In this document: one piece after another, positions 1 to 12,713 of the stretch | Position numbering within the stretch: position 1 is the stretch's first letter | Layout of the letters: each line of letters starts with the position of its first letter | DNA from: Octopus vulgaris | Taxonomy: Eukaryota | DNA length: 64,000 bases | Assembly (NCBI GenBank): GCA_951406725.2 | Contig: OX597825.1 | Location: 52,762,001-52,826,000 of the forward strand | Direction of reading: 5' to 3' | Notes under the pieces: model-generated | What the model saw: the letters and a program-made list of their open reading frames with translations, nothing else | Told to the model about the DNA's origin: nothing | The model's database searches: none | Translations under genes and position numbers: made by a program

Positions 1-46
1 GAAAGAAAATAAAACTGAAATATTGCAACAGTATATAATAATATAC

Positions 47-112
47 TGTTTTCAAATTTTGGGACAAGGCTGGCAATTTTAGGGGCGGGAGTAAGTCGGT
101 TAAATTGCCACC
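47..112 (-). mobile_element. 3' fragment of tRNA-derived Nin/Inv-domain-type SINE
   Basis: tttcaaattttgggacaaggctggcaatttt matches the 3' end of the copies at 22017-22230 and 38207-38421. Confidence 0.6.
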
Positions 113-125
113 ATTCTCATATATG

Positions 126-179
<54 letters not shown>

Positions 180-395
180 TAATAATAAATATTAGGGAAT
201 AAATCCAAACTTACAGGGAAAAATCAGATTTAGGATTGAATCCAATTTTATAGTAAAATATTATATTATATTAAATTAGAGACAAAACCACTATTAGGCA
301 AATCAAACAATGAAAAACTTATGCCAATACATAAGATTATTTAATTTATATTATTTAAATATATAACAAAATTATTAAAAAAATATAATTAATAT

Positions 396-462
396 CACAC
401 TACGATTGTTTCATGGCTGCTAACTTCTTCAAATTTTTGAGTCACAGTCATTCATCAGGTGG
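396..462 (-). ncRNA. Minimal type-I hammerhead ribozyme (mirror copy)
   Basis: Reverse complement of 983-1049; stem III reads GAAACaatcGTA. Confidence 0.65.
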
Positions 463-982
463 TTTAAATATCTAAAATATAATCAGTATTTTTAAGATAT
501 AAATAATATATATAATATAATAATTTTACTTATAATAAACTCTATTATTAAATATGATTATATCAAAATCGACTATAATGTTAAATATTAACTTTAATTT
601 ATAAGGTAGGAAACCCATAATCTAATATCAATATTAGTCTATATCTAATTACATAAATATTTAAAATGACTAATATATATAAATTATCAATGAAAATATA
701 TATAAATATTATAAACACTAATAAAAATGATTATAATATTTATATATATTTTCATTGATAATTTATATATATTAGTCATTTTAAATATTTATGTAATTAG
801 ATATAGACTAATATTGATATTAGATTATGGGTTTCCTACCTTATAAATTAAAGTTAATATTTAACATTATAGTCGATTTTGATATAATCATATTTAATAA
901 TAGAGTTTATTATAAGTAAAATTATTATATTATATATATTATTTATATCTTAAAAATATTGATTATATTTTAGATATTTAAA

Positions 983-1049
983 CCACCTGATGAATGACTG
1001 TGACTCGAAAATTTGAAGAAGTTAGCAGCCATGAAACGATCGTAGTGTG
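983..1049 (+). ncRNA. Minimal type-I hammerhead ribozyme
   Basis: ccac CTGATGA atgactg..cagccat GAAAC gatc GTA gtgtg: canonical core, palindromic stem III ACGATCGT. Confidence 0.8.
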
Positions 1050-1183
1050 ATATTAATTATATTTTTTTAATAATTTTGTTATATATTTAAATAATATTAA
1101 TTAAATAATCTTATGTATTGGCTTAAGTTTTTCATTGTTTGATTTGCTTAATAGTGGTTTTGTCTCTAATTTAATATAATATA

Positions 1184-1224
<41 letters not shown>

Positions 1225-1226
<2 letters not shown>

Positions 1227-1475
1227 TAACTATTTGAGGGAATATTAATCCTAACTTACAGGGAAAAATTCAATTTAGAAATACTAAATCAAATTTCACA
1301 CAATATAATATATATATATAAAAAAATTAGAAAAAAACCCACCTTTTATCAATTCAAAATGAGCAATTAAATTACACCATCTAGAAAATTACATATAATA
1401 GAAATATTAGAATTAAAATAACAATAATATACTGATGATTAAGTAAATTGCAAAAAAAATAAAAACGTATATAAT
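1225..1475 (-). mobile_element. 3' end fragment of a related PLE pseudo-LTR family
   Basis: gggaat..aatcc.aacttacagggaaaaa and aaattaga.a.aaa.ccac are similar to 193-310; flanked by (TA)n. Confidence 0.5.
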
Positions 1476-1476
1476 T

Positions 1477-1516
<40 letters not shown>

Positions 1517-1589
1517 CGTGTGTGTTTGTATATATATATATATATATACGTATATATACATATATATATATGGTCATGTGTTGCGAATG

Positions 1590-2490
1590 AATGAGGATAG
1601 CTGTGTGAAAAATTGTCACACCCTAGCAGTTGAGGGGACTTGAGGAAGAAGTAGACCCAGGATGAGGTGGTGAAGCATGACCTTTGAACATTGGGCCTTA
1701 CCAAGGCAATGACTAGTGACCGGGACCTTTGGAGATATGCTGTGCTTGAGAAGACTTGGCAAGCCAAGTGAGACCATAGCCTATGGCCTATGCCAGTGGG
1801 TGTAACCAGCCCATTTATGAATACCCCTCTTTTATTGGACAATAGACCTACTGAGGCAAGTGAAACCAAAATCAAAATTGCTGACATGGTCGATGACAGT
1901 ATCACTTGATTGTCACTCATGCCAGTGGAACATTAAAAGCACATCTGAACATGGGGTGTAACCGGCCCACTTATGAGTACCCTTCATTTATTGGACAATG
2001 AACTTTGCTTGTGAAGACCTACTGAGGCAAGTGTAAACAAATCAAAATCAGTGACATGGCCGATGATAGTACTGCCTGATTGACACTCGTGCTTGTAGAA
2101 CATTAAAAGCACATCTGAGCGCAATTGTTGCCAGGGCCATGGATTGGCTCCCATGCCAGTGACATGTGAAAAGCACCATTTGAGTGTGATCATTGCCAGT
2201 GTTGCCTTACTGGCACATGTGCCAGTGGCATGTGAAAAACAACATTCAAGCATGGTCGTTGCCAGTGCCACTGGGCTGGCTCCCATGCAGGTAGCATGTG
2301 AAAACACCTTTTGAGCGTGGTTGTTGCCAGAACTGCCTGACTGGAGTGGTTGGCGTTAGGAAGGGCATCCAGCTGTAGAAACTTTGTAAGATCAAATTAA
2401 GCCTGGTGCAGCCTCTGGCTCACCAGTCCTCAGTCAAACCGTCAAACCCATGCCAGAATGGAAAGTGGACATTAAACGATGATGATGATG
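1590..2490 (+). mobile_element. RTE-clade LINE 3' end (ORF tail, tandemly duplicated 3' UTR, (GAT)n tail)
   Basis: SCVKNCHTLAVEGT*GRSRPR-type ORF end; ~160-bp duplication 1797-1950/1953-2120; tail ttaggaagggcatccagctgtagaaac..ttaaacgatgatgatg. Confidence 0.75.
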
Positions 2491-2879
2491 ACATATATAT
2501 ATGAGCTTCTATTACATAGGCAACATACCATGTTTACTTCATTTCTTTCTAGTTTCCTCAGATGCTCTGTGTTTAAAGTTAGGTCTCACTACCTGCAGTA
2601 TTACTCTTTGCACCTATGCATCATAAGATTTGTCCTTTGTCCTTTGAGAGAAGCTCTTTGTGCAAGTAGAGATAATAGCTGGGCAAACTTTTTCCAGACT
2701 GTTTCTACTCTGGCTTCTATGGTCGCTGAGCAACTATGTACACTTAGGTACTAGAAGTTATCAACTACTTCTACGGGCCCTTTCCACATCTGATAGTGTT
2801 TATTTCTGGTAAGCTTTTGTTGCCAACCCATCTATACCTGCTACATTAAAGTGTCCCTTTTGTCATACTGAGCTTCATC

Positions 2880-3190
2880 CTTTGCACCATTCGAGTGTGA
2901 TCGTTACCAACGTCGCTTCTCTGGCACCTGTGCCAGTGGCATGTGTAAAAAGATTCGAGCGAGGTCATTGCCAGTAGTGACTGACTGGCCCCCGTGCCGG
3001 TGGCACATGAAAAGCACCCACTACACTCTCAGAGTGGTTGGTGTTAGAAAGGGCATCCAGCTGTAGAAACTCTGCCAGATCAAGATTGGAAACTGGTGCA
3101 GCCATCTGGTTTGCCAGCCCTCAGTCAAAATCGTCCAACCCATGCTAGCGTGGAAAGCGGACGTTAAATGATGATGATGATGATGATGAT
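2880..3190 (+). mobile_element. RTE 3' UTR / RTE-tailed repeat
   Basis: Same tail motif and (GAT)n as 2340-2490. Confidence 0.75.
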
Positions 3191-3296
3191 GTGTATATAT
3201 ACATATATTCTTATATATATATATACGTGTATGTACATAAATATATCTGTATAAGCATATATATATATATATATATACATGCATGTATATATATAC

Positions 3297-3327
<31 letters not shown>

Positions 3328-3344
3328 CATACATATATATATAC

Positions 3345-3389
<45 letters not shown>

Positions 3390-3406
3390 CATATATATAT
3401 TTTTAT

Positions 3407-3725
3407 ATCATCATCATTCAACATCCATCTTCCAAACTGGCATGAGTTTAATCGTTTGACTGAAAACTGGGAGCTTCACTAGGTTTCAGTCTTATTTGGC
3501 ACTGTTTCTACAGCTTGATGCCCTTCCAAACACTTTGAAGAGTGAAGTGGATGTTTTTTTTATACCTCTGGGATGGATGCCAATTATGAAACACTGGCAT
3601 TGGCCATGACTACAATCTCACTTGTTTTGACAGGTCTTCTCAACGATGGACCAGCTCCTTCCCACATTTCCAGTCACTCAACAACCACTTTACAGAATGT
3701 ACTGGGTGGATTTATAGGGGCACTA
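3407..3725 (-). mobile_element. Diverged RTE 3' UTR copy
   Basis: (ATC)n then gtttctacagcttgatgcccttcc, the reverse complement of the tail motif. Confidence 0.6.
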
Positions 3726-4064
3726 ACAGTAGAAGTCATTCCCATTTTAGAGGGTATGAAGTATCTCATAGTTATGAACTATATAGCTGTTAGTAAGGAG
3801 TGGAAAATAGATGGGAGTCCACAGGCAACAATGGATTAATATCTTTCACTGTGGTAGCTGTTCTCTATTCACAACAAGTGAATCATGTATTTACAGACAT
3901 CACAAATCAATACTCAAACATATTAAAACACCACTTCTCAACAACCAAACTACTCATATTTTCACATTTGCAACATGAGCACTTTTTCTTTTAATAATAT
4001 AATTATTATTAGCCCGATTTTGCAACTTGTAATAAAAAATTCTCTAGCATTTATCATATTATTA

Positions 4065-4102
<38 letters not shown>

Positions 4103-5052
4103 GTGTGTGTTATTCTTTATTGGTAAATAATAATCTGTTTAAAACTGGCATCAATATTGCATCTGGAGGATTTCTGATGAAAGTATTCAAGTGAGGCATG
4201 TAATATGTTGAAAGTGAAGCCAATGAAATGTCGGGGAATATCCTGAAAAACAACATTGATTACATAGTAATTGTTATCAGATTATTATTGATTTTGTCCA
4301 AATTGTTATCTAGCTACCGTTGATTGCACCAAGAAGTCGTTATAAAAGTCTAATACACAGGATGGAAATTAACAATAAAATAATATTGATTTTTTTTTAT
4401 ATATATTTTTTAGTTCTCTATTTCATATATGATATATACTTTTTTGTTTTGTGTTTTAACAAATTATTCTGAAATAATAATTTGGAAAAGATTACCTTGA
4501 TCTTGTATTCTATAATTCTGAAATATGATTCTTGCTGGTGCTGTTTTGTTTATCAACTAACTCTTAGATGGAAACAGTCCTCTGAGATACTTCATACCCT
4601 TATTTTGTTTTATTTATATGCTTTCAGATTGTGTATGTTATTGTTGGGCCAATCTTGATCATCTGAATTAAGGGTGTTTCAGTTGTGATCATACCAACCT
4701 TTTGTATGTATATCAAAGTTTGACATTGCTCAATGTTATTATCTTGGATGTGATGTGAAGAATATTTGGCTGTTGTTTGTAGCAGGGTCTGCTTCACATA
4801 TACTTGCTTCTATGTTTGATCATTGAACCCTAGCAGGTTGGTTAAGTGTTCTCCCCACCTCATTTATCAACCTATACCTAGTGTGTGAGGTATTTGATAA
4901 AGACAACTGCATAGAAACCCATTGCATATGTATGTGTGCATACATACATATATACACTCGAAGCTTTTGTTGGCCCAGAGAAAACCATATGGCTGTGATG
5001 CAAATTTCATAAACAGACAGCCATGTATACACCTGTGTATGCATATATGTAT

Positions 5053-7255
5053 GTCATTATTCAGTTTTATTTCAAGATTTCTTTCCAGACTGAGACCATT
5101 GACATTATGCTGTGCTTGAGAAGAAGGGGATCAAGCCAAGCAAAATCACTGTTGTGGCAGACACTGGTGTCACATAAATGACATCTGTGCTGGTGGCACA
5201 TAGAAGCACCTATTGCACTCTTGAAGTGATTGGCATTAGGAAGGGCATCCAGTTGTAGAAACCATGCCTAATCAGACTTGAGTCCGGTGCAGCCTTCTGT
5301 CTTGCTAGCCCTGGACATTAAATGATGTTGATAACGATGACGAGAGAAAGAGCTGGTTTCTAACCTAGATCCAATGCACCTTCATTGGAATTTCAAAATC
5401 AACGACAAGCCGTTTCTTTTTGTATGTATATGTGCAGATTTGTATGTTTTGTTTCATGCATATATTCTCATGCATATAGTTGCATATCTAGACATGCTCA
5501 AATATATTTAAATGATAAACTTGTGGAAAGTTTTACAGATTTTTACAGTTCCAGTGATGGACTGGATCTGTAATCTTCGAATTAGCTTTCTCCTTTCTGG
5601 TTTTGAGAAACCTGATTTCTGAAGATTGGTATTTAGGCAGTCTGTTACATATCTCAGGGCCCCAATAATTATAGGTATAAACTTGAACTTGTAATCTGGA
5701 TAGAGTAACTGCAGATTTCTCAAAAGTTCAGTGTAGGTATTCACTTTTTTGCTTATCTTCAGCTTTATGTTAACATCTGCTGGGCAGCTAATTTCCTCAA
5801 CTATACACAGTTTTCCTTTTCTAACCCAAATCATTATATCAGATCTGTTGTGCTTATATTTTATTGAGATTTTCACTGTGACATTCCACCAGTACTCGTT
5901 TTTATTATGGTTTCTTCCATACTGTGGGTTCTTATTTCTTTGTCCTTGGGGTTATCCTTCTAACAGATTTCATAATAGAGTGTCCTAGCTACAACATCAA
6001 GTCTCATCAGTAGATAATAACATGATGACACTTCCATACAACTGCTTATGATGTGGACGATATCTTCAGTGTGAACTCCCTAACGTCTGCATTGGATGTC
6101 ACATTTTACTGCTTTTCCTGCATCTTTATCACTTTTTTGTGCATCAGGTATTTGGTTGATATTTCCTGTTCCTGGATTGCAAACATATACCCTTCAAAGT
6201 AGGGGGTAGTAATCTGGCTATTGGCCCATGATAGACTGCTTTGATGATCAATGTTATTATCATCTCGGAGCTTTCTACTAACATATCCATGCATAGTCTT
6301 CTGCTCATATATGCTCATCCTTTCATATGATGATACATTGCAGTAGAGTCATGCGACTTATTTGGGCATGTGCTTAAGGTTATCAGACAAGGAATATTAC
6401 TCAATGAGCTGCCTTCCAAGTCTTAGGATGTTATCAGCTTCATGTATGCAAACTTGTTCAAGGGATTCACTTTGACACTTGGTGGTTAAAAGATGTTGCT
6501 GAAGGGATATGATACGACATTCAAAGGCATTTTGGATCAAAGCCTTTACCACCTTGTTTTCATTTTAGGTACAGGTATTTTACATTACTATTTATGTGGA
6601 AATTATGTGTGCTTTTTAGTATTTTTCAGGTTTTCACATCAATGGCTCAGATCTCATCAAACATCCAATCAAGCAGCCCAAATGTTGGTATGTGTACTGG
6701 CACTGCAAACACATTGTGGATCACTGTTTTATTGAATGCAGAGAGTTCTGAGGTTCAAATTTTCTTTATTTGGCTGTAATATTCGTTATTGGCACATGTT
6801 TTATTACAGGTGCCATTGTAAGATTTGTTTTCATTCACCTCTAGATACTTGTAACATTTCTCATCAGATATAGGGGAAACAGTCAAATCCTTGACACAAA
6901 TGTTGCTAGTCTGGTTTACAGTTTTCCCCCTTTCCACAGCCACATAGCAACATTTATCCTGAGCAAACTCCAACCTTGCATCCTTTGAGAATGTTGTAAC
7001 TAGGTCAAGGCTCTTTTTCATCTTGTACATATTCTTTGCATAAGGTTTCAAGTCATTCACAAAGAAACTGTGTAATTTTGGTATTTCTGTTTCCTTGTGA
7101 ACCAGTGAGTTTTCCTTCAGACTTCCTTAACACGATGAAGTCAGGTCAGCTATGGCTTTGACTATGCTCACTGGAACTTTAGCAAGTTGAAGGTCTTCTA
7201 GCTTCCATGAGAGGGGAACAAAGTCAAAGGCTTTCTTGTAGTCTAGTCACATTGA
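5053..7255 (-). mobile_element. R4/Dong-clade non-LTR retrotransposon, degenerate (RT, CCHC knuckle, restriction-like endonuclease)
   Basis: Minus-strand motifs LDYKKAFD, FVNDLKPYAK, YKYLE, EGYMFAIQEQEI, HIISSC, NRSDIMIW..EISCPAD..PIIIGAL; many stops and frameshifts. Confidence 0.85.
5090..5342 (+). mobile_element. RTE 3' UTR copy nested in the R4 3' UTR
   Basis: ttaggaagggcatccagttgtagaaac..ttaaatgatg tail interrupts the R4 3' end. Confidence 0.65.
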
Positions 7256-7513
7256 AACATGTATGTATGTTTGTATATATGTATGTATATATGTATGTAT
7301 GCTTGCATGTATGACATATGACCATGTCATACTTACATAGTATCCTCAACTAAGGATCTGCTTTCTACACCACTTTTCCTCAATCTCTCCAATGATGATC
7401 CTCTTGCTCACATATTCCAGAAGCAGCTGTAAGAGAGTTGCTTATCTACCATAACTGTTTTATTCTTTATACTTTATACTTTATCGTACTTTATTATGAA
7501 TAACGCCCATTCT

Positions 7514-8380
7514 TATCAGATTGAACAAAAAGTAAGTAACATTTTTGAACCATCAAGAATTTGTACTGGACTTTTGGCAGAGTTTAAAAACTTTTTTAAA
7601 CATTTTCTTGCAATTATCTGAAAATACAGACATAGACTTGCCCAAATGCATCAATAAATTAACATTGATATTCTTTTCACTGTTGTTACAATCATCTGAA
7701 ATGGGACTGTCAAAGCTCGATATTCAAGCAATTTTGTTATTCAACTTCAAAAAAGGACATAAAGTAGCTGAAACTGCTTGTGATATCAACAAAACATTTG
7801 ATGAGGAAATGACCAGTGTGTGGCCAGCATGAAAAGAGCTTAAATGATCTTGTAGTGGAAACCTGAGCCTTGAAGATCATGAGCATAGTGGACACTAATC
7901 TGTCATCAATGACTGTCATTTAAAGACCATCATTGAGAAAGATACACATAAAACCACTTGAGAACTGGCAAAAGAACTTAAAATTAGTTAGAAAACTGCC
8001 TGCAACCATTTGCATGTGATTGGAAAATCAAAAGAGCTTGACAAATGGGAACCTCATAGTTTGAATGAAAATCCAAAAATGTGCAGATATGAAATTTGTT
8101 TCTTGTTTCTTTGTAACTAGACCAATCCATTTCTCAACCGCATTGTAACTTGCAATGGTAAGTGGATTCTCTACAATAATAAAGAACATTCTTTGCAGTG
8201 ATTGGACTAAATGAAGCACCAAAACCTTCTCTAAACCCAAGCTCTTCCAAAAGAAGGTTATGGTAACTGTTTGGTGGTGTACTGCTGGATTCATCCACTG
8301 TAACATCTTAAAACCCAGAGAAACCATACTGCAGATGCATATTGCTACGAAATTGTCAAAATGAAAGAAAAACTGCTACC
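7514..8380 (+). pseudogene. mariner (Hsmar1/SETMAR-like) transposase relic with left TIR
   Basis: From ATG at 7701: ILLFNFKKGHKVAETACDIN, LDKWEPHSL, FLNRIVTCNGKWILYNN, KKVMVTVWW; multiple stops. Confidence 0.85.
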
Positions 8381-8779
8381 ACAATAATTCCTGTAACAAC
8401 TTTCATAAACCCTTCTTCTAGAAGTTGGTGAGGAAGCCTCTACAATCTTGAATGATGTGTTAGAAACACCAGCCAAAATACTACTCAGTTGAAAATATGA
8501 AATAGGAAGGCATTAGACAAGGTAAAGATAGATATAATACAAAACATGATGGTCACAGCTGTAATGCTTTTGATCATAATTTTTTTTCTTAGATGTAATA
8601 TAGTCAGATTAGGGATCTCATCACAGGTTGACGAGGTCTGCTACTGGTACCATATAAATTAGTACTACATGTTTCATGATCAAGTGGTCAACAACTAAAC
8701 CAGTTCCCTCCACTTTAGTAGCTTGTTACACTTGTAATGAAGGTGTCTGTACACCTTGCAGGATTGAAAAGCAAGACCT

Positions 8780-9012
8780 GTCAAAGGCCAGGTGAACTCC
8801 TTGAGGGCCAGTGGCAATGGCAAACTCCTTGTGGGCCAGAAGGCAATGGCAAACCACCCCAATATCTCTGCCAAGAAAACACTGTGAGAAAGTCAGAATG
8901 AAGTAACATTATGGATTCACCTGATGGGAGAACCTGTGCTTAATTGAGAAGGCTTTCACCATAGTATCATCAACACACTGCAAAAGCATACAATACATGA
9001 TGATGATGATGG
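8780..9012 (+). mobile_element. Putative RTE/Bov-A-like repeat fragment
   Basis: ggcaatggcaaaccaccccaatatctctgccaagaaaac resembles the Bov-A/RTE motif; ~28-bp tandem duplication; (GAT)n end. Confidence 0.35.
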
Positions 9013-10542
9013 ACCTTGAGTTAAACACCAAGTGTAACAGCAATATTCATCTCCTTCACCAATTTGATACCAGCCTGCATCCTGAGGCTACCCCTGGTTC
9101 AATGATACTTCCTGTTTAGGACCATTTATTTCAAACACCATCTTATTAATGACAAAGTTAGTTTACTAAGTTCTTCATTATTTTCAAAATTAATTGAAAA
9201 CAAAGGCAAGTCTATTTCAAGAGAAATAGGGTAATAAGTTGTTAATGCCATATACTATTAGAATTTTTCACACTGAATCCTAAAACTTGATCTGATCAGA
9301 ATTAGAACACAGAACCAAAGTTCTAGAAATATATCATATTTTAAGAAGGTAGTCTACAACATTGTCTTTCAATAAACTCTAAGTGAGAATGACTTATACA
9401 GTAGACTGTTGCGCAGTGTTCATGGAAAGCTGTTCTATAATCTAATAGATCAAGAAGTAATTTCAGAATGTTATTGTCACAAGAAATGCCTTTATTATCA
9501 TTATCAGTCTGAGTGTTCTTGTGTTTAAAGATCTGCATTAAATCCCCATTTACAGTTCCAATTAAAACCTAATTTATTAGTGGAACAGTTCTCAATTACT
9601 TACAGTATGAAAGTATGCTAGCTTTGACCACTAAACGGTTAAATGGCATTCTGTTAACGAAACAACCACATTGACAATCCAATAAGGTTTGCCTAATTAT
9701 ACACAAAACAAAACAGTCATTGATTTATCTGGAGATAACATCTCATTCTCCAAATGCTATGATTTGTTCTGTGAATGTTATGGGCTAATGATTAAGCTGT
9801 AAGTCTCAGGTGAAGAGCTACTTGTTTGGATTCTATCAATGGTCGTGTTGTGTATTTGGAAAAAGCCTTGTATTGTTCATTTCACTTGGAAGCAAAATTG
9901 GTTTATGAACCAGATAGATTAACTTAATGGTATAAAGAGTAAATGATTTTAAAAAAATCATGGTAAAGGTAATGTTAATGTAATTAAAGTAATAACTTTT
10001 ATATTAAATTACAATCACAGTAGGGAGAAGAGATTAATTTTAAATGAGAAATTTTAGTCGAGAAAGGTAAGGGAGACAGCTCAGAAATATTTATTTATTA
10101 AGAATTAAATGTAGGTATTTAGCTTTCATGCAGAATGAGATTGGACTCTGGGTGCTTCTTGTCATTCCTATAGCCCTATAGTCTCATCTATAATATCAAC
10201 ACTGGCATCTAGCTTAGTGGATGACACCAGAGCTTCAAGCTTTTTGACTTCATAGTTTTCATAAGTTATTAATAAAAAGCAAAATAAATGGCTGAGGAAG
10301 AAGAGGAAAAACTATGAATTATATGGAAGGATAATCTAAAGATTTGGACAGATGATATGCAATGATAATGAATATATACATGTATAAATATAATATATAT
10401 AAATATAATAAAGTATATATATATATATATATATATAGATATATTGATAAAACGGTAAGATAACAAAAGAAAGAAAGAGACCTCAATATTATGTAAATAG
10501 AGGAAATTTATCTATACAATATGTTACATTACTCGGTAGTCA

Positions 10543-10605
10543 AGATAAAACTCTGAGTTTCAGATGCCGAAGTGGAAATCCACAACACCATCTCTTCGGT
10601 TATCT
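10543..10605 (-). ncRNA. Hammerhead ribozyme variant in PLE pseudo-LTR (left arm)
   Basis: Mirror of 14729-14791. Confidence 0.65.
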
Positions 10606-10799
10606 GGCTATTTGAAAACGTTATGAAAAAATACCGTTAAAAGTGAAGGGAAATTACTCTGTTATAACTCTGCTTTGCCTGCGTACTTATACATCGCTCG
10701 CATTTTTCGTCATAAAAATTATATAAAAATACATAAAAATATATAAAAATATATAAAAATATATAAAATCTTCTTGGGACATAACACAGAAAGCATGTT

Positions 10800-12713
10800 C
10801 TATCCGTTTTCTTTAGGGGACCAAAAACGTAACAGAAATTTAGTCACATGTGGGCATGATCCGAAAAGCTCTGTCCTTGTATTTAGACATGTGGTAGGGT
10901 CTAAGCTGCTTTTCCAGATAAGCCATCTCTCCATGTCGCATAAACCGCACCTTCCGCTGCCGTTAGTGTAGGGCTTACATCTGGCCAAAATCTTCCATTG
11001 TATGTTATAATCGACACCTTTATCTCTTAAAGACCAAATATGATTGGATAATTGTGTCGCTTTTCTTTTGTTCCAGTGCCTAAAGCTCAAAGTGTGGTTA
11101 TTGAACCTGGCCTTGAAATTACCCTCTGTCAGGCCCACGTATTTCTTCGTCGAAACGGTGTCTTTAGTGGTTATAGAGTTTACGGTAGCTTCATATATGA
11201 TGGTCTTGGACATGCAAGCTCCATTTAGCGGGCACAATTCTTTATTCCTGCATGAACAGCTGTTTTCTTCTTGTGTTTTTTGTATGTTATGATTGATTAT
11301 GTTTTTAAAATTGGTAGTTGAACTAAAACTAATTTTTAAATTGTGTCTATTGAAGAGTTTCCTATAAGCATGGTTAACTGGAAAATGTCTATCTATCAGT
11401 GCTAGGAAATATTTACCTATATTGAAGGCCACCTCGGGTGAGTAAGGGGGTGTAAACCAGATGACCTTCCTATTTCTATTATTCCTTTTCCTTACTGTTG
11501 GGCTGGTGATAGGTGTATATTTTATTTTTTCGCTAAAACCACTATCTTTTAAAGCTTTATTATAAACTGGGGCAATGCTATTGAAGATGTCCTCATTAGA
11601 TGAGAGGCTAGAAATCCTCTTACTAATATTTTTAACTAAATTTTTGAATACTATAGGGGGATGGCATGAACCTACATTAATATAACTTAGTCTATCATTG
11701 GGCTTCCTATAAGGCTTATAAATATTATTATTAAGATCTAAGGAAACGTCTAAGAAATTGACAACCGTCAGGTTAGTGTCTATAGTTATACTAAGTCCGA
11801 AGTGTTTCATTAACTGGATAATATCCTTCCTAAAACGATCTTGTGCTGGTCCATTTGTATTAGCTGTTAAGGCGAGGGCATCATCTTTGTAGATGGCGAA
11901 ATGTACGTTAGGGAATGTCTTACCGAAGGTATCTAGGAGAAAGAGTCCAATTAGATCACAGATGCCTGCCCCATCATATGAACCCATGCTCACATCGAAA
12001 GCGTCCTCCGTGTCGGTGTTTTTTACCCACTTTGCATTCTCACTGAAAAGTAATGTCTTTCTAGCATGGAAGATTATATCCTTATCATTGGTACTAATTT
12101 CTATGAAGTCACTAGCGAAGATTAGGGCTTTATCTAGCAGTTCTTTAGAGATAGAGGCATAAAAATCAACAATATCGAATTGTGTAAACCTCGCTTTTTT
12201 CTTATTCTTAATAGCTTTAAACCAGTCTACGACTTCTATACTATTGGACCATTGCACTAGCCTAGTATCGGTCTTAATTTTCATATTTATTTTATCTAAA
12301 ATTTCTTTGCTAATAATCCCTAGTTCTGACTTGGCTGGGTTGATAAGCCTACATTTAGGGTTGGAAAGGAAGTTTTCTTTGTGATCTTTAATAGTAATAA
12401 AGGCCTCTTTTTGGGGGAGGGTTTCTATTTTTTTATCTAATTTAAGTTTAGCGGCGATGACGCTAGCTTCTTTATTAATTTCGTTATATGTCTGTGCCCT
12501 AGCCTTAGTATAATTATTAGTAATGCTGTTGTGTAAGAGTTGTGTGTATTTGCTGTTATCTACCAGGTATAAGTTCTTGGTTTTATCCGAAAAAAGTGCT
12601 TTTTTCTTGGAGCTTTTTATATGATCAATATCTTTTTTCAATTTATGTTGGAAATTGTTAAAAGACTTGCTGAAGATCATGAGCAAAATAAAGTTTCGTA
12701 AGTCTTTTAACAA
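10800..12713 (-). CDS. PLE polyprotein (reverse transcriptase + GIY-YIG endonuclease), 5'-truncated but uninterrupted
   Basis: FDIVDFY, MGSYDGA, YKDD and FLDVSL RT motifs; CSCx5CPLNGAC; IIYEATV..YVGLTE; CGLCDME; CPH terminus, as in Naiad PLEs. The first ~15 aa are antisense read-through of the fold-back junction. Confidence 0.9.
   Translation of the reverse strand: MLKDLRNFILLMIFSKSFNNFQHKLKKDIDHIKSSKKKALFSDKTKNLYLVDNSKYTQLLHNSITNNYTKARAQTYNEINKEASVIAAKLKLDKKIETLPQKEAFITIKDHKENFLSNPKCRLINPAKSELGIISKEILDKINMKIKTDTRLVQWSNSIEVVDWFKAIKNKKKARFTQFDIVDFYASISKELLDKALIFASDFIEISTNDKDIIFHARKTLLFSENAKWVKNTDTEDAFDVSMGSYDGAGICDLIGLFLLDTFGKTFPNVHFAIYKDDALALTANTNGPAQDRFRKDIIQLMKHFGLSITIDTNLTVVNFLDVSLDLNNNIYKPYRKPNDRLSYINVGSCHPPIVFKNLVKNISKRISSLSSNEDIFNSIAPVYNKALKDSGFSEKIKYTPITSPTVRKRNNRNRKVIWFTPPYSPEVAFNIGKYFLALIDRHFPVNHAYRKLFNRHNLKISFSSTTNFKNIINHNIQKTQEENSCSCRNKELCPLNGACMSKTIIYEATVNSITTKDTVSTKKYVGLTEGNFKARFNNHTLSFRHWNKRKATQLSNHIWSLRDKGVDYNIQWKILARCKPYTNGSGRCGLCDMERWLIWKSSLDPTTCLNTRTELFGSCPHVTKFLLRFWSPKENG

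Larger units (their letters stand above)
178..1183. mobile_element. Non-autonomous PLE pseudo-LTR fold-back (arms about 262-713 and 730-1183) between (TA)n tracts
   Basis: Near-perfect ~450-bp inverted repeat with a short spacer; each arm has an HHR; left arm has an extra ~70-bp 3' extension. Confidence 0.75.

Noticed and set aside
1797-2340. Regularly spaced repeats resembling a CRISPR array (also 15685-15860, 32620-32890)
   Set aside because: Diverged tandem subunits of the RTE 3' UTR in eukaryotic DNA; no unique spacers or cas genes
4167-4244. CTGATGA...GAAA hammerhead-like motif
   Set aside because: Stem I is plausible but stems II/III and the cleavage triplet cannot be formed; at best a decayed relic
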